From the NCBI RefSeq assembly GCF_000006765.1, contig NC_002516.2: a stretch of 64,000 nt of DNA; one strand, 5' to 3'. The position numbers and the translations under genes are program-made. Of this stretch, positions 19,884 through 28,648 are shown piece after piece. Positions within the stretch are counted from its first letter, which is position 1; each line of letters opens with the position of its first letter. The notes under the pieces are model-generated. The model did not search any database. It had not been told where the DNA came from and was given only the letters and a program-made list of their open reading frames with translations. Origin of the DNA: Pseudomonas aeruginosa PAO1 (lineage in GTDB: Bacteria > Pseudomonadota > Gammaproteobacteria > Pseudomonadales > Pseudomonadaceae).

Positions 19884-20975
19884 TCACTGGCTGGCCCAGG
19901 CGTTGAAGCGCTCCTCCAGCTCCTCGCCGTGCTCGACCCAGAATTCGTCGTCCATCGCCAGGCCCTGCTCCAGGTTCGCCGGCGCGGTCGGCACCCAGCT
20001 CGCCAGTTGCGCGGGCAGACGCTGGGCGGCCTGGCGGTTGGTCGGCCCGTAGGGAATGTTCTCGACGTAGCGCACCTGGGCATCCGGGGCATTGGCGAAG
20101 GCGATGAAGCGACGCGCCTCGGCGCCGCGCTTCGAACCCTTGACCACCGCCCAGTAGTCCATGCCGTACAGGCTGCCCTGCCATACCAGGGCCAGGTTGC
20201 GCCCCGCGCGGTGGGCGTCGGCGATGCGCCCGGTGTAGGTGGACGTCATCACCACGTCGCCGGCGGCCAGCCACTGCGCCGGCTGCGCTCCCGCCTCCCA
20301 CCACTGGATGTAGGGCTTGAGCTGGCCCAGCTTGGCGAAGGCACGGTCGGCACCAGCGCGGGTCGCCAGCAGCGGATAGACCTGCTCGCGTGGCACGCCG
20401 TCGGCGAGCAGGGCGAACTCCAGGTTGTAGATCGCCCGCTTGCGCAGGCCGCGCTTGCCGGGGAAGCGCTGGACGTCCCAGAAGTCGGCCCAGGACGCCG
20501 GCGGCTGTTGCAGCCGGTCGGCGTCGTAGCCGATCGCCACGCCCCAGACCAGCGCGGCGGAACCGCATTCCTGGGCGGCATTGGCGATCAACTGCTGCTT
20601 GCCGCCGATGGCCTGCCAGTCCAGACGCTCGAACAGGCCGTCGTCGCAACCGCGCGCCAGGTCCGGCCCCTCGACCTGGACCAGGTCCCAGTCGGCGTGA
20701 CCGGTGTCGGCCATCACCTTGATCCGGGCCATCTCGCCGTTGTACTCGCTCTGCACCACGGGAATCCCGGTCTGCTGCGTGAAGGGCTGGAAGAACGCCA
20801 CCTCCTGGGCCTTCTGTCCGGCGCCGCCGTAGCCGACCACCACCAGGCCATCATCGGCCTGGACCGGCGCGAGGCCGCCGAACGCCAGCAGGACGGCGCC
20901 GAGCAGGACGCGGCAAGGAAAAACCGGGTGCGGACGGGCGCTGGCCGCGCGGCGCAACGGAAAGGAACGGTTCAT
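19884..20975 (-). CDS. PotD/PotF-like polyamine-type periplasmic binding protein (363 aa from MNRSF)
   Basis: VVGYGG, WDLVQVE, PASWADFWD..FPGKRG, DYWAVVKGS, YGPTN; GAGGAG RBS. Confidence 0.88.
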   Translation of the reverse strand: MNRSFPLRRAASARPHPVFPCRVLLGAVLLAFGGLAPVQADDGLVVVGYGGAGQKAQEVAFFQPFTQQTGIPVVQSEYNGEMARIKVMADTGHADWDLVQVEGPDLARGCDDGLFERLDWQAIGGKQQLIANAAQECGSAALVWGVAIGYDADRLQQPPASWADFWDVQRFPGKRGLRKRAIYNLEFALLADGVPREQVYPLLATRAGADRAFAKLGQLKPYIQWWEAGAQPAQWLAAGDVVMTSTYTGRIADAHRAGRNLALVWQGSLYGMDYWAVVKGSKRGAEARRFIAFANAPDAQVRYVENIPYGPTNRQAAQRLPAQLASWVPTAPANLEQGLAMDDEFWVEHGEELEERFNAWASQ

Positions 20976-21148
20976 GTGCGTCTCCTCTTGTTCTTGTTGT
21001 GGAGTGGATCGCAGCGAGCCGCCGGGAAGCGGCCACGGGACAGAAACTATCCAGTCGATTTTAAAAAAACAAGTTGATTTTTTACTGATGGTAAATTCAT
21101 ATCCTGTTTCTGAAGCGCGCCGCGAGAACAACAAGAAGGACGCCAACC

Positions 21149-23095
21149 GTGAATTTCCCGCACCTGTTCAGCCCCCTGGAAATCCGGGGCAAACGCCTGA
21201 AAAACCGCATCATGTCGAGCGGCCACGACACGTCGATGCCTACCGACAACCTGGTCAACGAGCCACTCGTCGCCTATCACCGCGCCCGGGCCCGCGGCGG
21301 CGCCGGACTGATCGTCATGCAGGTGGCGGGGGTCCACGACAGCGCGCGCTACACCTCGCACGTGCTGATGGCCACCGACGATGCCTGCATCCCCGGCTAC
21401 CGGCGGGTCGCCGAGGCCTGCCACGCCGAAGGCTGCGTGGTGCTGTCGCAGATATTCCATCCCGGGCGCGAGATCATGGAGTCCGCCGACGGCCTGCTGG
21501 CGGTGGCCTATTCCGCCTCGGCCTCGCCCAACGAACGGTTCCGGGTGATGCCACGCGAACTCGACCAGCCGCTGATCGACGAGATCGTCGCCGGCTACGC
21601 CGCCGCCGCGCGCCGCCTGCACCAGGCAGGACTGGACGGGGTGGAGGTGGTCGCCAGCCACGGCTACCTGCCGGCGCAATTCCTCAACCCGCGGGTGAAC
21701 CGCCGCACGGATGGCTACAACGGCGACCTCGATGCCCGCCTGCGTTTCCTCCGCGAAGTGCTGGCAGCGGTGCGCGCGGCCACCTCCGAGGACTTCATCG
21801 TCGGCCTGCGCCTGTCCGCCGACGAGCGCGACCCCGAGGGTCTCAGCGAAAGCGAGTCGCTGCAGGCGGCCGAGGCGGTCCAGGGCGAGCTGGACTACCT
21901 GCACATCGTCGCCGGCACTTCGGCCTCCCTCGGCGGCGCCATCCATATCGTCCCGCCGATGGCCATCGAGCCGGCCTACCTGGCCCGCGAAGCCAGTACC
22001 TTCAAGGCGCGCCTGGCGATCCCGCTGTTCGTCACCGGGCGCATCAACCAGCCCCAGGAGGCCGAGGCCATCCTCGCCCGAGGCCAGGCCGACGTCTGCG
22101 GCATGACCCGCGCGCTGATCTGCGACCCGCAGATGCCGAACAAGGCCGAGGCCGGGCGCAGCGACGACGTGCGCGCCTGCATCGCCTGCAACCAGGCCTG
22201 CATCGGACATTTCCACCGAGGCTATCCGATCTCCTGCATCCAGCACCCGGAAACCGGCCGCGAGCTGACCTACGCAACGCCCAATCCGGCCTCGCGGCGC
22301 AAGCGCGTGCTGGTCGCCGGCGGCGGCCCGGCGGGGATGAAGGCGGCGGCGGTGGCGGCACAGCGCGGCCACGAGGTAGTGCTCTGCGAGGCCGGCGCCC
22401 AGCTCGGCGGCCAGGTCAACCTGGCGCAACTGCTGCCGCGCCGCGCGGAATTCGGCGGCGCCTCCACCAACCTGCAACGGGAGATGCAACTGGCCGGCGT
22501 CGAGGTACGCCGCAACACGCCGGTCGACCGCGCGCTGGTGGAGCGCGAACGGCCGGACCTGGTGATCGTCGCTACCGGCGCCGAACCCTATTGGCCGCCT
22601 TTCGAGCGCGGCGGCGAGCTGCAGGTGGTGGATGCCTGGCAGGTGCTGCGCGGCGAGGTGCGGGTCGGTCGTTCGGTGCTGGTCACCGACTGGCGGGGCG
22701 ACTGGATCGGCCCCGGTATCGCGGAAAAGCTTGTACGCGAGGGCCACCAGGTGCGCCTGGCGGTGAACGGCACCCACTGCGGCGAGAGCCTGCCGCTGTA
22801 TGTGCGCGACCAGTTGGCCGGCGAGCTGCACCGCCTGGGTATCCCGGTCACGCCCTACGCCCGCCTGTACGGCTGCGACGATACCACGGTGTACATGCAG
22901 CACAGCGCCAGCGGCGAGGCGATGCTGTTCGAGGAGGTCGATACCCTGGTGCTATGCCAGGGCCACCAGCCGGTGGACCGCCTGGCCGACAGCCTGCACG
23001 GCCTGGCGGAGGTGTTGCGGATCGGCGACTGCCTGGCCCCCCGCACTGCCGAGGAGGCGATCTACGAAGGGCTCAAGGCCGCCTGGAGCATCTGA
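21149..23095 (+). CDS. Old-yellow-enzyme TIM barrel plus FAD/NAD(P) domain flavoenzyme (DgcA/StcD/TMADH-like) with Fe-S motif
   Basis: LKNRIM, RARGGAGLI, QIFHPGRE, SHGYLPAQFL, CIACNQAC...C cluster motif, VAGGGPAG, IGDCLAPR. Confidence 0.88.
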   Translation: MNFPHLFSPLEIRGKRLKNRIMSSGHDTSMPTDNLVNEPLVAYHRARARGGAGLIVMQVAGVHDSARYTSHVLMATDDACIPGYRRVAEACHAEGCVVLSQIFHPGREIMESADGLLAVAYSASASPNERFRVMPRELDQPLIDEIVAGYAAAARRLHQAGLDGVEVVASHGYLPAQFLNPRVNRRTDGYNGDLDARLRFLREVLAAVRAATSEDFIVGLRLSADERDPEGLSESESLQAAEAVQGELDYLHIVAGTSASLGGAIHIVPPMAIEPAYLAREASTFKARLAIPLFVTGRINQPQEAEAILARGQADVCGMTRALICDPQMPNKAEAGRSDDVRACIACNQACIGHFHRGYPISCIQHPETGRELTYATPNPASRRKRVLVAGGGPAGMKAAAVAAQRGHEVVLCEAGAQLGGQVNLAQLLPRRAEFGGASTNLQREMQLAGVEVRRNTPVDRALVERERPDLVIVATGAEPYWPPFERGGELQVVDAWQVLRGEVRVGRSVLVTDWRGDWIGPGIAEKLVREGHQVRLAVNGTHCGESLPLYVRDQLAGELHRLGIPVTPYARLYGCDDTTVYMQHSASGEAMLFEEVDTLVLCQGHQPVDRLADSLHGLAEVLRIGDCLAPRTAEEAIYEGLKAAWSI

Positions 23096-23172
23096 GCGGC
23101 GCGGCCGCGGCTCCCTCGACGGGTCCCGGCCCAGCCCCTAGAATGCCGCAAACGCAGCCAGGACCCCGCCGC

Positions 23173-23772
23173 ATGCCCCGCCCGTCACCGCCGGACGCCA
23201 CCGACACGCCGCGCAGCGAAACGCACTTCCTCGGCACCCGCATCCGCGGCCTGCGCAAGCGCCGCGGCCTGACCCTGGCCGAGCTGGCCGCACAGAGCGA
23301 ACTCACCGCCGGCTACATCAGCCAGTTGGAACGCAACCTGGCGTATCCGTCGATTCCGGCGCTGTTCAACATCGCCCGCAGCCTCGGCGTGACCATCCAG
23401 TGGTTCTTCGCCAGCGAGGCCGCGGTGGACCCGGCGGACGCCGGCTACGTGGTGCGGCGCAACACGCGCATGAGCGTGCATTACGAAGACGGCATCATCG
23501 ACGAACTGCTCACCCCGCAGCCCAGCCGCCAGTTGGAGATCCTCCACTCGCGTTTCCCGCCGGGCACCTACAGCCAGCAGAGCTACAGCCATGAGGGCGA
23601 GGAAGCCGGCTACATCCTCAGCGGAATCTTCGAACTCTGGGTCGGCGACCGCCATTTCCAGCTCCGCGAGGGCGACAGCTTCAGCTACTCCAGCCAGGAA
23701 CCGCATCGCTACGGCAACCCGGGCGACAGCGATACCCTGGTGCTCTGGGTGATCACCCCGCCGACGTTCTGA
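23173..23772 (+). CDS. XRE-HTH plus cupin transcriptional regulator (PuuR-like), 199 aa
   Basis: IRGLRKRRGLTLAELA...YISQLERN..PSI HTH; HEGEEAGYILSG cupin motif. Confidence 0.9.
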   Translation: MPRPSPPDATDTPRSETHFLGTRIRGLRKRRGLTLAELAAQSELTAGYISQLERNLAYPSIPALFNIARSLGVTIQWFFASEAAVDPADAGYVVRRNTRMSVHYEDGIIDELLTPQPSRQLEILHSRFPPGTYSQQSYSHEGEEAGYILSGIFELWVGDRHFQLREGDSFSYSSQEPHRYGNPGDSDTLVLWVITPPTF

Positions 23773-23820
23773 AACGCCCTGTCGCGATGCAGGGCCAGGG
23801 GAGGGCCGACGGGGCGAGCG

Positions 23821-25098
23821 CTACCCGCCGCGCCCGAGCAACCGCGCCAACCCCGCCAGCAGCCGCTCCAGGGCGCCCTGGTTGTTGCGCAGCACCTTCT
23901 CTCCGGCAGTGGCCATGGCCGTCGCGACCTCCGGCTGCGCCCACAGGCGCGCGAGGCCGTCGCACAGCTCGCCGGCATCCGTCACCTCGAGCAGCGCCCC
24001 GGCGTCGCGCAATTGCGCGGCGATGTCGAGGAAGTTGAACAGGTGCGGACCGGCGAACACCGGCTTGCCCAGGGCCGCCGGCTCCAGCAGGTTGTGCCCG
24101 CCGTTGGGCACCAGGCTGCCGCCGACGAAAGCGATGTCGGCCAGGGCATAGAGGAACAGCAGCTCGCCCATGGTATCGCCGAGCAGCACCTGGGTCGCGC
24201 GTGCCACCGGCTCGCCGCCGGAGCGCCGGACCGTGGCGAAGCCTTCGCGGCGGCATAGCTCGTGGACGCCGGCGAAGCGTTCCGGATGGCGCGGCACCAG
24301 GATCAGCAACGCGTCGGGACGCGTTTCCAGCAGGCGCCGGTGGGCTGCCAGGACGATCTCGTCCTCGCCGGCATGGGTGCTGGCGGCGATCCACAGCGGT
24401 CGCGCCGTCGCGTCCCATTCCTCGCGCAGGGCGGCAGCGGCCAGCGGCAGCTGCGGGTCGATGCGCAGGTCGAACTTGATCGAGCCGGTCACGCTGACGC
24501 ACTCAGGACGCGCGCCGAGACGACGGAAGCGCTCGGCCTCGGCCTCGGTCTGCACGGCGATCCAGGACAGCTCGGCGAGCATCGGCCGGGTCAGCCCGGC
24601 GAAGCGCGCGTAGCCACGCGCCGAGCGCTCGGACAGGCGCGCATTGGCCAGCGCCACCGGGATCCCGCGCACGGCGCAGGCATGGATATGGTTGGGCCAC
24701 AGCTCGGTTTCCATGATCACCGCCAGGCGCGGCCGCACCCGGTCGAGGAAGCGCGCCGCCGCCCAGGGCAGGTCGTAGGGCAGGTAGCAGTGCCGGACCT
24801 GCTCGCCGAACAATGCGCGGATGCGCTCCGAGCCGGTCGGGGTCATGCAGGTGACGGTGACCGGCAGCTGCGGATGGCGCTCCAGCAGCGCCCGCACCAT
24901 CGGCGCGGCGGCGATGCTCTCGCCCACCGAGACGGCGTGCACCCAGATGCCGCCGGGCGGCACCTCGGGCAAGGACAGGGAAAAACGCTCGCCGATGCGC
25001 TTGGCATAGGCCGGCGCCTGGCGCGCGCGCCACCACAGGCGCAACGCCACCAGCGGCAAGCCGAGGTGGAACAGCAGGGTATAGAGGGTACGGTTCAT
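23821..25098 (-). CDS. waaA: Kdo transferase (425 aa from MNRTLY)
   Basis: IWVHAVSVGE, YLPYDLP, ETELWPN, ASTHAGE, VPRHPERF, FVGGSL...GGHNLLEPA. Confidence 0.97.
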   Translation of the reverse strand: MNRTLYTLLFHLGLPLVALRLWWRARQAPAYAKRIGERFSLSLPEVPPGGIWVHAVSVGESIAAAPMVRALLERHPQLPVTVTCMTPTGSERIRALFGEQVRHCYLPYDLPWAAARFLDRVRPRLAVIMETELWPNHIHACAVRGIPVALANARLSERSARGYARFAGLTRPMLAELSWIAVQTEAEAERFRRLGARPECVSVTGSIKFDLRIDPQLPLAAAALREEWDATARPLWIAASTHAGEDEIVLAAHRRLLETRPDALLILVPRHPERFAGVHELCRREGFATVRRSGGEPVARATQVLLGDTMGELLFLYALADIAFVGGSLVPNGGHNLLEPAALGKPVFAGPHLFNFLDIAAQLRDAGALLEVTDAGELCDGLARLWAQPEVATAMATAGEKVLRNNQGALERLLAGLARLLGRGG

Positions 25099-25133
25099 GG
25101 GCGCGCAGCTTAGCAAAACTCCCGCCGACCGGC

Positions 25134-26018
25134 TCAGCCGATGGCGCGCAGGTGGCGGGTGAAGGTTTCGCCGAGCCAGGCCGCCGCCGGGCCGAGCACC
25201 TCGTTGCGCCGCCAGACCAGTTCGACCACCAGCGCCGGCGGCGTCCAGTCGCTGGTCAGCTCCACCATCAGCCGGTCGTAGGTGGGGTACTGCACCACGT
25301 GCCGCGGTAGCCAGGCCCAGCCGAGGTTACGCATCAGCAGCTCGGCCATGGAATAGAAGCTGTCCAGCCGCCAGACCTGCGGGCTGATCTGCTCGCCGCC
25401 CGGATAGCCGCTCTGCTGGGGCACGATCAAAAGTTGCCGGTGCTGTGCCAGCTCGCGGCGACTGACCCGTTGCAGCCCGGCCAGCGGGTGGCCGGCACCG
25501 CACACCGTGACCATCTCGACGCTGCCGAGGCGCCGCCGCTCCAGCGACTCAGGCATGCGCTCATGGTGGAACAGCAGGCCGAGGTCAGCCTGCTCCTCGA
25601 GCAAACGACGGGTGACGTCACCCTGGCCGCCGCTGGACACCTGCACCTCCAGACTGGGAAAGCGCTGCGCCAGCGCTTCCAGGCTGTCCAGCACCGGCTG
25701 GTAGGGCATCGCCTCGTCCTGGGCCAGGCGCAGCCGCGGCTCCTCGCCGCGCGCCAGCCCCAGCGCGCGCCCCTGCAGGCGCTCGCACTGGCGCAGCACC
25801 TCGCGCGCCTCCGCCAGCAGCACCCGGCCCTCGTCGGTCAGGCGCGGCTGGCGTCCGCTGCTGCGTTCGAACAGGGTGACGCCGAGGTCCGCCTCCAGCA
25901 GCGCGATGCCGTTGCTCACCGCCGATTGCACCCGCTTCAGTTCGCGGGCGGCGGCAGAGAACGACTGGCGCTCGGCGACGCTGACGAACAGGCGGATCTG
26001 CTCCAGGTTCCACTGCAT
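25134..26018 (-). CDS. LysR-family transcriptional regulator
   Basis: N-terminal HTH SFSAAARELKRVQSAVSNGIALLEADLGVTLFERS; substrate-binding domain ending GWAWLP. Confidence 0.93.
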   Translation of the reverse strand: MQWNLEQIRLFVSVAERQSFSAAARELKRVQSAVSNGIALLEADLGVTLFERSSGRQPRLTDEGRVLLAEAREVLRQCERLQGRALGLARGEEPRLRLAQDEAMPYQPVLDSLEALAQRFPSLEVQVSSGGQGDVTRRLLEEQADLGLLFHHERMPESLERRRLGSVEMVTVCGAGHPLAGLQRVSRRELAQHRQLLIVPQQSGYPGGEQISPQVWRLDSFYSMAELLMRNLGWAWLPRHVVQYPTYDRLMVELTSDWTPPALVVELVWRRNEVLGPAAAWLGETFTRHLRAIG

Positions 26019-26019
26019 A

Positions 26020-26042
26020 ACCTATCTCCAATAAAGATAGGT
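26020..26042. promoter_or_regulatory. LTTR recognition site (T-N11-A inside a perfect 8-bp dyad)
   Basis: ACCTATCT-ccaataa-AGATAGGT; T26025-N11-A26037; abuts the LysR start codon; TAGAAT -10-like hexamer for emrE at 26071-26076. Confidence 0.75.
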
Positions 26043-26102
26043 AACGACTTTATCCCATCCGCCGGCTCCCTAGAATGGCCGCAGTTTCCGGAGGACCCCG
26101 CC

Positions 26103-26435
26103 ATGACCAACTATCTCTACCTCGCCATCGCCATCGCCGCCGAAGTGGTCGCCACCACCTCGCTGAAAGCCGTCGCCGGATTCAGCAAGCCACTGCCGCT
26201 GCTGCTGGTGGTGGGCGGCTACGTGCTCGCCTTCAGCATGCTCGTGCTGGTCATGCGCACCCTGCCGGTCGGCGTGGTCTACGCCATCTGGTCCGGACTC
26301 GGCATCGTCCTGGTCAGCCTGGTGGCGATGTTCGTCTACGGCCAGCGCCTGGACCCCGCCGCCCTCCTCGGCATCGGCCTGATCATCGCCGGCGTGCTGG
26401 TGATCCAGTTGTTCTCCCGCGCTTCGGGGCACTGA
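26103..26435 (+). CDS. emrE: SMR-family multidrug transporter, 110 aa (missed as a clean ORF by the track)
   Basis: MTNYLYLAIAIAAEVVATTSLK with conserved Glu14, PVGVVYAIWSGLG, four TM helices; GGAGG RBS. Confidence 0.93.
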   Translation: MTNYLYLAIAIAAEVVATTSLKAVAGFSKPLPLLLVVGGYVLAFSMLVLVMRTLPVGVVYAIWSGLGIVLVSLVAMFVYGQRLDPAALLGIGLIIAGVLVIQLFSRASGH

Positions 26436-26495
26436 ACGACCGTCGCGGGCGCAGGTTGTATACTGCGCCCTTTCCGTTCCCGATAAGGCAGCCCC

Positions 26496-27671
26496 ATGCC
26501 CCAAGCCCTTTCCACCGACATCCTCATCGTTGGCGGCGGTATCGCCGGCCTCTGGCTGAACGCCCGCTTGCGCCGGGCCGGCTACGCCACCGTGCTGGTG
26601 GAAAGCGCCAGCCTCGGCGGCGGACAGAGCGTGAAGTCGCAGGGGATCATCCACGGCGGCGCCAAGTACGCCCTGCATGGTGCCCTGACCGGCGCCTCCG
26701 AAGCCATCGCCGACATGCCGCGGCGCTGGCGCGCCTGTCTCGGCAGCGACGGCGAACTCGACCTGCGGGGCGTGCGCCTGCTTTCCGAGGCGCACTACCT
26801 GTGGTCGCCGGGCGGCCTGGCCGGCAGCCTTACCAGCTTCTTCGCCAGCAAGGCTGTGCGCAGTCGGGTCGAGCAGGCCAAGGGCGAGGATTTGCCTCCG
26901 GCGCTGCGCGACAAGGGGTTCAAGGGCAAGGCCTACCGCCTCACGGAAATCGTCTTCGACGTCCCCGACCTGATTCGCCGCCTGGCGGAACTGGCCGGCG
27001 ACAGCCTGCTCGCCGGCGAACGCATCGAACCGCTGCGCGAAGGCCGGGAACTGGCCGGCCTGTGCGTCGACGGCCGGGAGATCCGTGCCCAGCGCGTGGT
27101 GCTCAGCGCCGGTGCCGGCAACGAGGCGCTGCTCCGCGAACTGGGCCTGGAACAACCGGCCATGCAGCGGCGGCCGCTGCACATGGTGATGGTCAAGGCG
27201 GCGACCCTGAAACCGCTGTACGCCCACTGCCTGGGGGCAGGGCCGAAGCCACGGATCACCGTGACCACCCATCCGACCCGCGACGGCCAGTCGGTCTGGT
27301 ACCTCGGCGGCGACATCGCCGAAACCGATGGCGTGGCCCGCGACGAAGCCGCGCAGATCGCCGAAGCGCGTCGCGAACTGGCAAAGCTGCTGCCCTGGAT
27401 CGACCTCGGCCAGGCGCAGTGGGCCACCTTGCGGGTGGATCGCGCCGAGCCGGCACAGTCCAACCTGTTGCGTCCGGACAACGCCTTCCTCGCCGAACAG
27501 GGACGCCTGCTGGTCGGCTGGCCGACCAAGCTGGCGCTGGCCCCTGACTTCGCCGACCGGGTCTGCGCCCGCCTGGAAGAAGACGGCATCCGCCCCAGCG
27601 AACATGCCGCGCTGCCGCAACTGCCGCGTCCGCCGCTCGCCGAACCGGCCTGGGAGGTGGCCTTCGCATGA
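26496..27671 (+). CDS. FAD-dependent oxidoreductase (DAO/GlpA/L-2-hydroxyglutarate oxidase-like)
   Basis: DILIVGGGIAGL dinucleotide-binding motif; SVKSQGIIHGG; TATACT -10-like hexamer at 26459-26464. Confidence 0.85.
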   Translation: MPQALSTDILIVGGGIAGLWLNARLRRAGYATVLVESASLGGGQSVKSQGIIHGGAKYALHGALTGASEAIADMPRRWRACLGSDGELDLRGVRLLSEAHYLWSPGGLAGSLTSFFASKAVRSRVEQAKGEDLPPALRDKGFKGKAYRLTEIVFDVPDLIRRLAELAGDSLLAGERIEPLREGRELAGLCVDGREIRAQRVVLSAGAGNEALLRELGLEQPAMQRRPLHMVMVKAATLKPLYAHCLGAGPKPRITVTTHPTRDGQSVWYLGGDIAETDGVARDEAAQIAEARRELAKLLPWIDLGQAQWATLRVDRAEPAQSNLLRPDNAFLAEQGRLLVGWPTKLALAPDFADRVCARLEEDGIRPSEHAALPQLPRPPLAEPAWEVAFA

Positions 27672-28480
27672 TCAGGGATACCCTCCACGACCTGCACCGC
27701 CCGCTGGGCGACACCGGCCTGGCCGTTTCGCCGCTGGGCCTGGGCACCGTCAAGTTCGGCCGCGACCAGGGAGTGAAGTACCCTTCCGGCTTCACCATCC
27801 CCGACGACCGCGAAGCCGCCGACCTGCTGGCCCTGGCCCGCGACCTCGGCATCAACCTGATCGACACCGCCCCGGCCTACGGCCGCAGCGAGGAACGCCT
27901 CGGCCCGCTGCTGCGCGGCCAGCGCGAACATTGGGTGATCGTCAGCAAGGTCGGCGAAGAGTTCGTCGACGGCCAGTCAGTCTTCGACTTCTCCGCCGCG
28001 CATACCCGGCGCTCCGTCGAGCGCAGCCTGAAGCGCCTGGAGACCGACCGGATCGAACTGGTGCTGGTGCATTCCGATGGCAACGACCTGGATATCCTCG
28101 AGAACAGCGAGGTCTACCCGACTCTCGCCGCGCTCAAGCGCGAGGGCCTGATCGGCGCCTACGGACTCTCCGGCAAGACCGTCGAAGGTGGCCTGCGCGC
28201 CCTGCGCGAGGGCGATTGCGCGATGGTCACCTACAACCTGAACGAGCGCGCCGAGCGCCCGGTCATCGAGTACGCCGCGGCCCATGCCAAGGGCATCCTG
28301 GTGAAGAAGGCGCTGGCCAGCGGGCATGCCTGCCTGGGCGCCGGACAGGACCCGGTGCGCGCCAGCTTCGAACTGGTCTTCGACCAGCCCGGCGTCGCCG
28401 CCGCCATCGTCGGCACCATCAATCCGCTGCACCTGGCCCATAATGTCGCGATGGCCGCGCAAGCCCTGAAAAAGGCCTGA
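27668..28480 (+). CDS. Aldo-keto reductase
   Basis: SPLGLGT, GINLIDTAPAYG (Asp, Tyr), VSKVG (Lys), LVHSD (His) catalytic tetrad; ATGA overlap with the upstream gene. Confidence 0.92.
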   Translation: MIRDTLHDLHRPLGDTGLAVSPLGLGTVKFGRDQGVKYPSGFTIPDDREAADLLALARDLGINLIDTAPAYGRSEERLGPLLRGQREHWVIVSKVGEEFVDGQSVFDFSAAHTRRSVERSLKRLETDRIELVLVHSDGNDLDILENSEVYPTLAALKREGLIGAYGLSGKTVEGGLRALREGDCAMVTYNLNERAERPVIEYAAAHAKGILVKKALASGHACLGAGQDPVRASFELVFDQPGVAAAIVGTINPLHLAHNVAMAAQALKKA

Positions 28481-28501
28481 ACCATACATCGGCTGCAACA
28501 T

Positions 28502-28521
28502 CCGCGGGTTGACACCCGCGG
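28502..28521. other. Perfect 8-bp palindrome after the AKR gene, with TTGACA across its loop
   Basis: CCGCGGGT-tgac-ACCCGCGG; could be a terminator stem or an operator; no good -10 at 17 bp. Confidence 0.35.
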
Positions 28522-28648
28522 TGCATTCCGCTGCCATGTTCCTCCCGAACGAGCCGTATCCTGCCTGCCGCCCTCGCCTCCGGTGGCCGGTGCATCGAAC
28601 GTGAGCCTCCGTCCCGCCCCGGCGCGATGACCCGACAAGGAGCCCCGT

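Noticed and set aside
20974-23772. 932-aa ORF apparently fusing the flavoenzyme region to the cupin regulator
   Set aside because: Only the last 199 aa are protein-like; the rest is an alternative frame over the flavoenzyme gene
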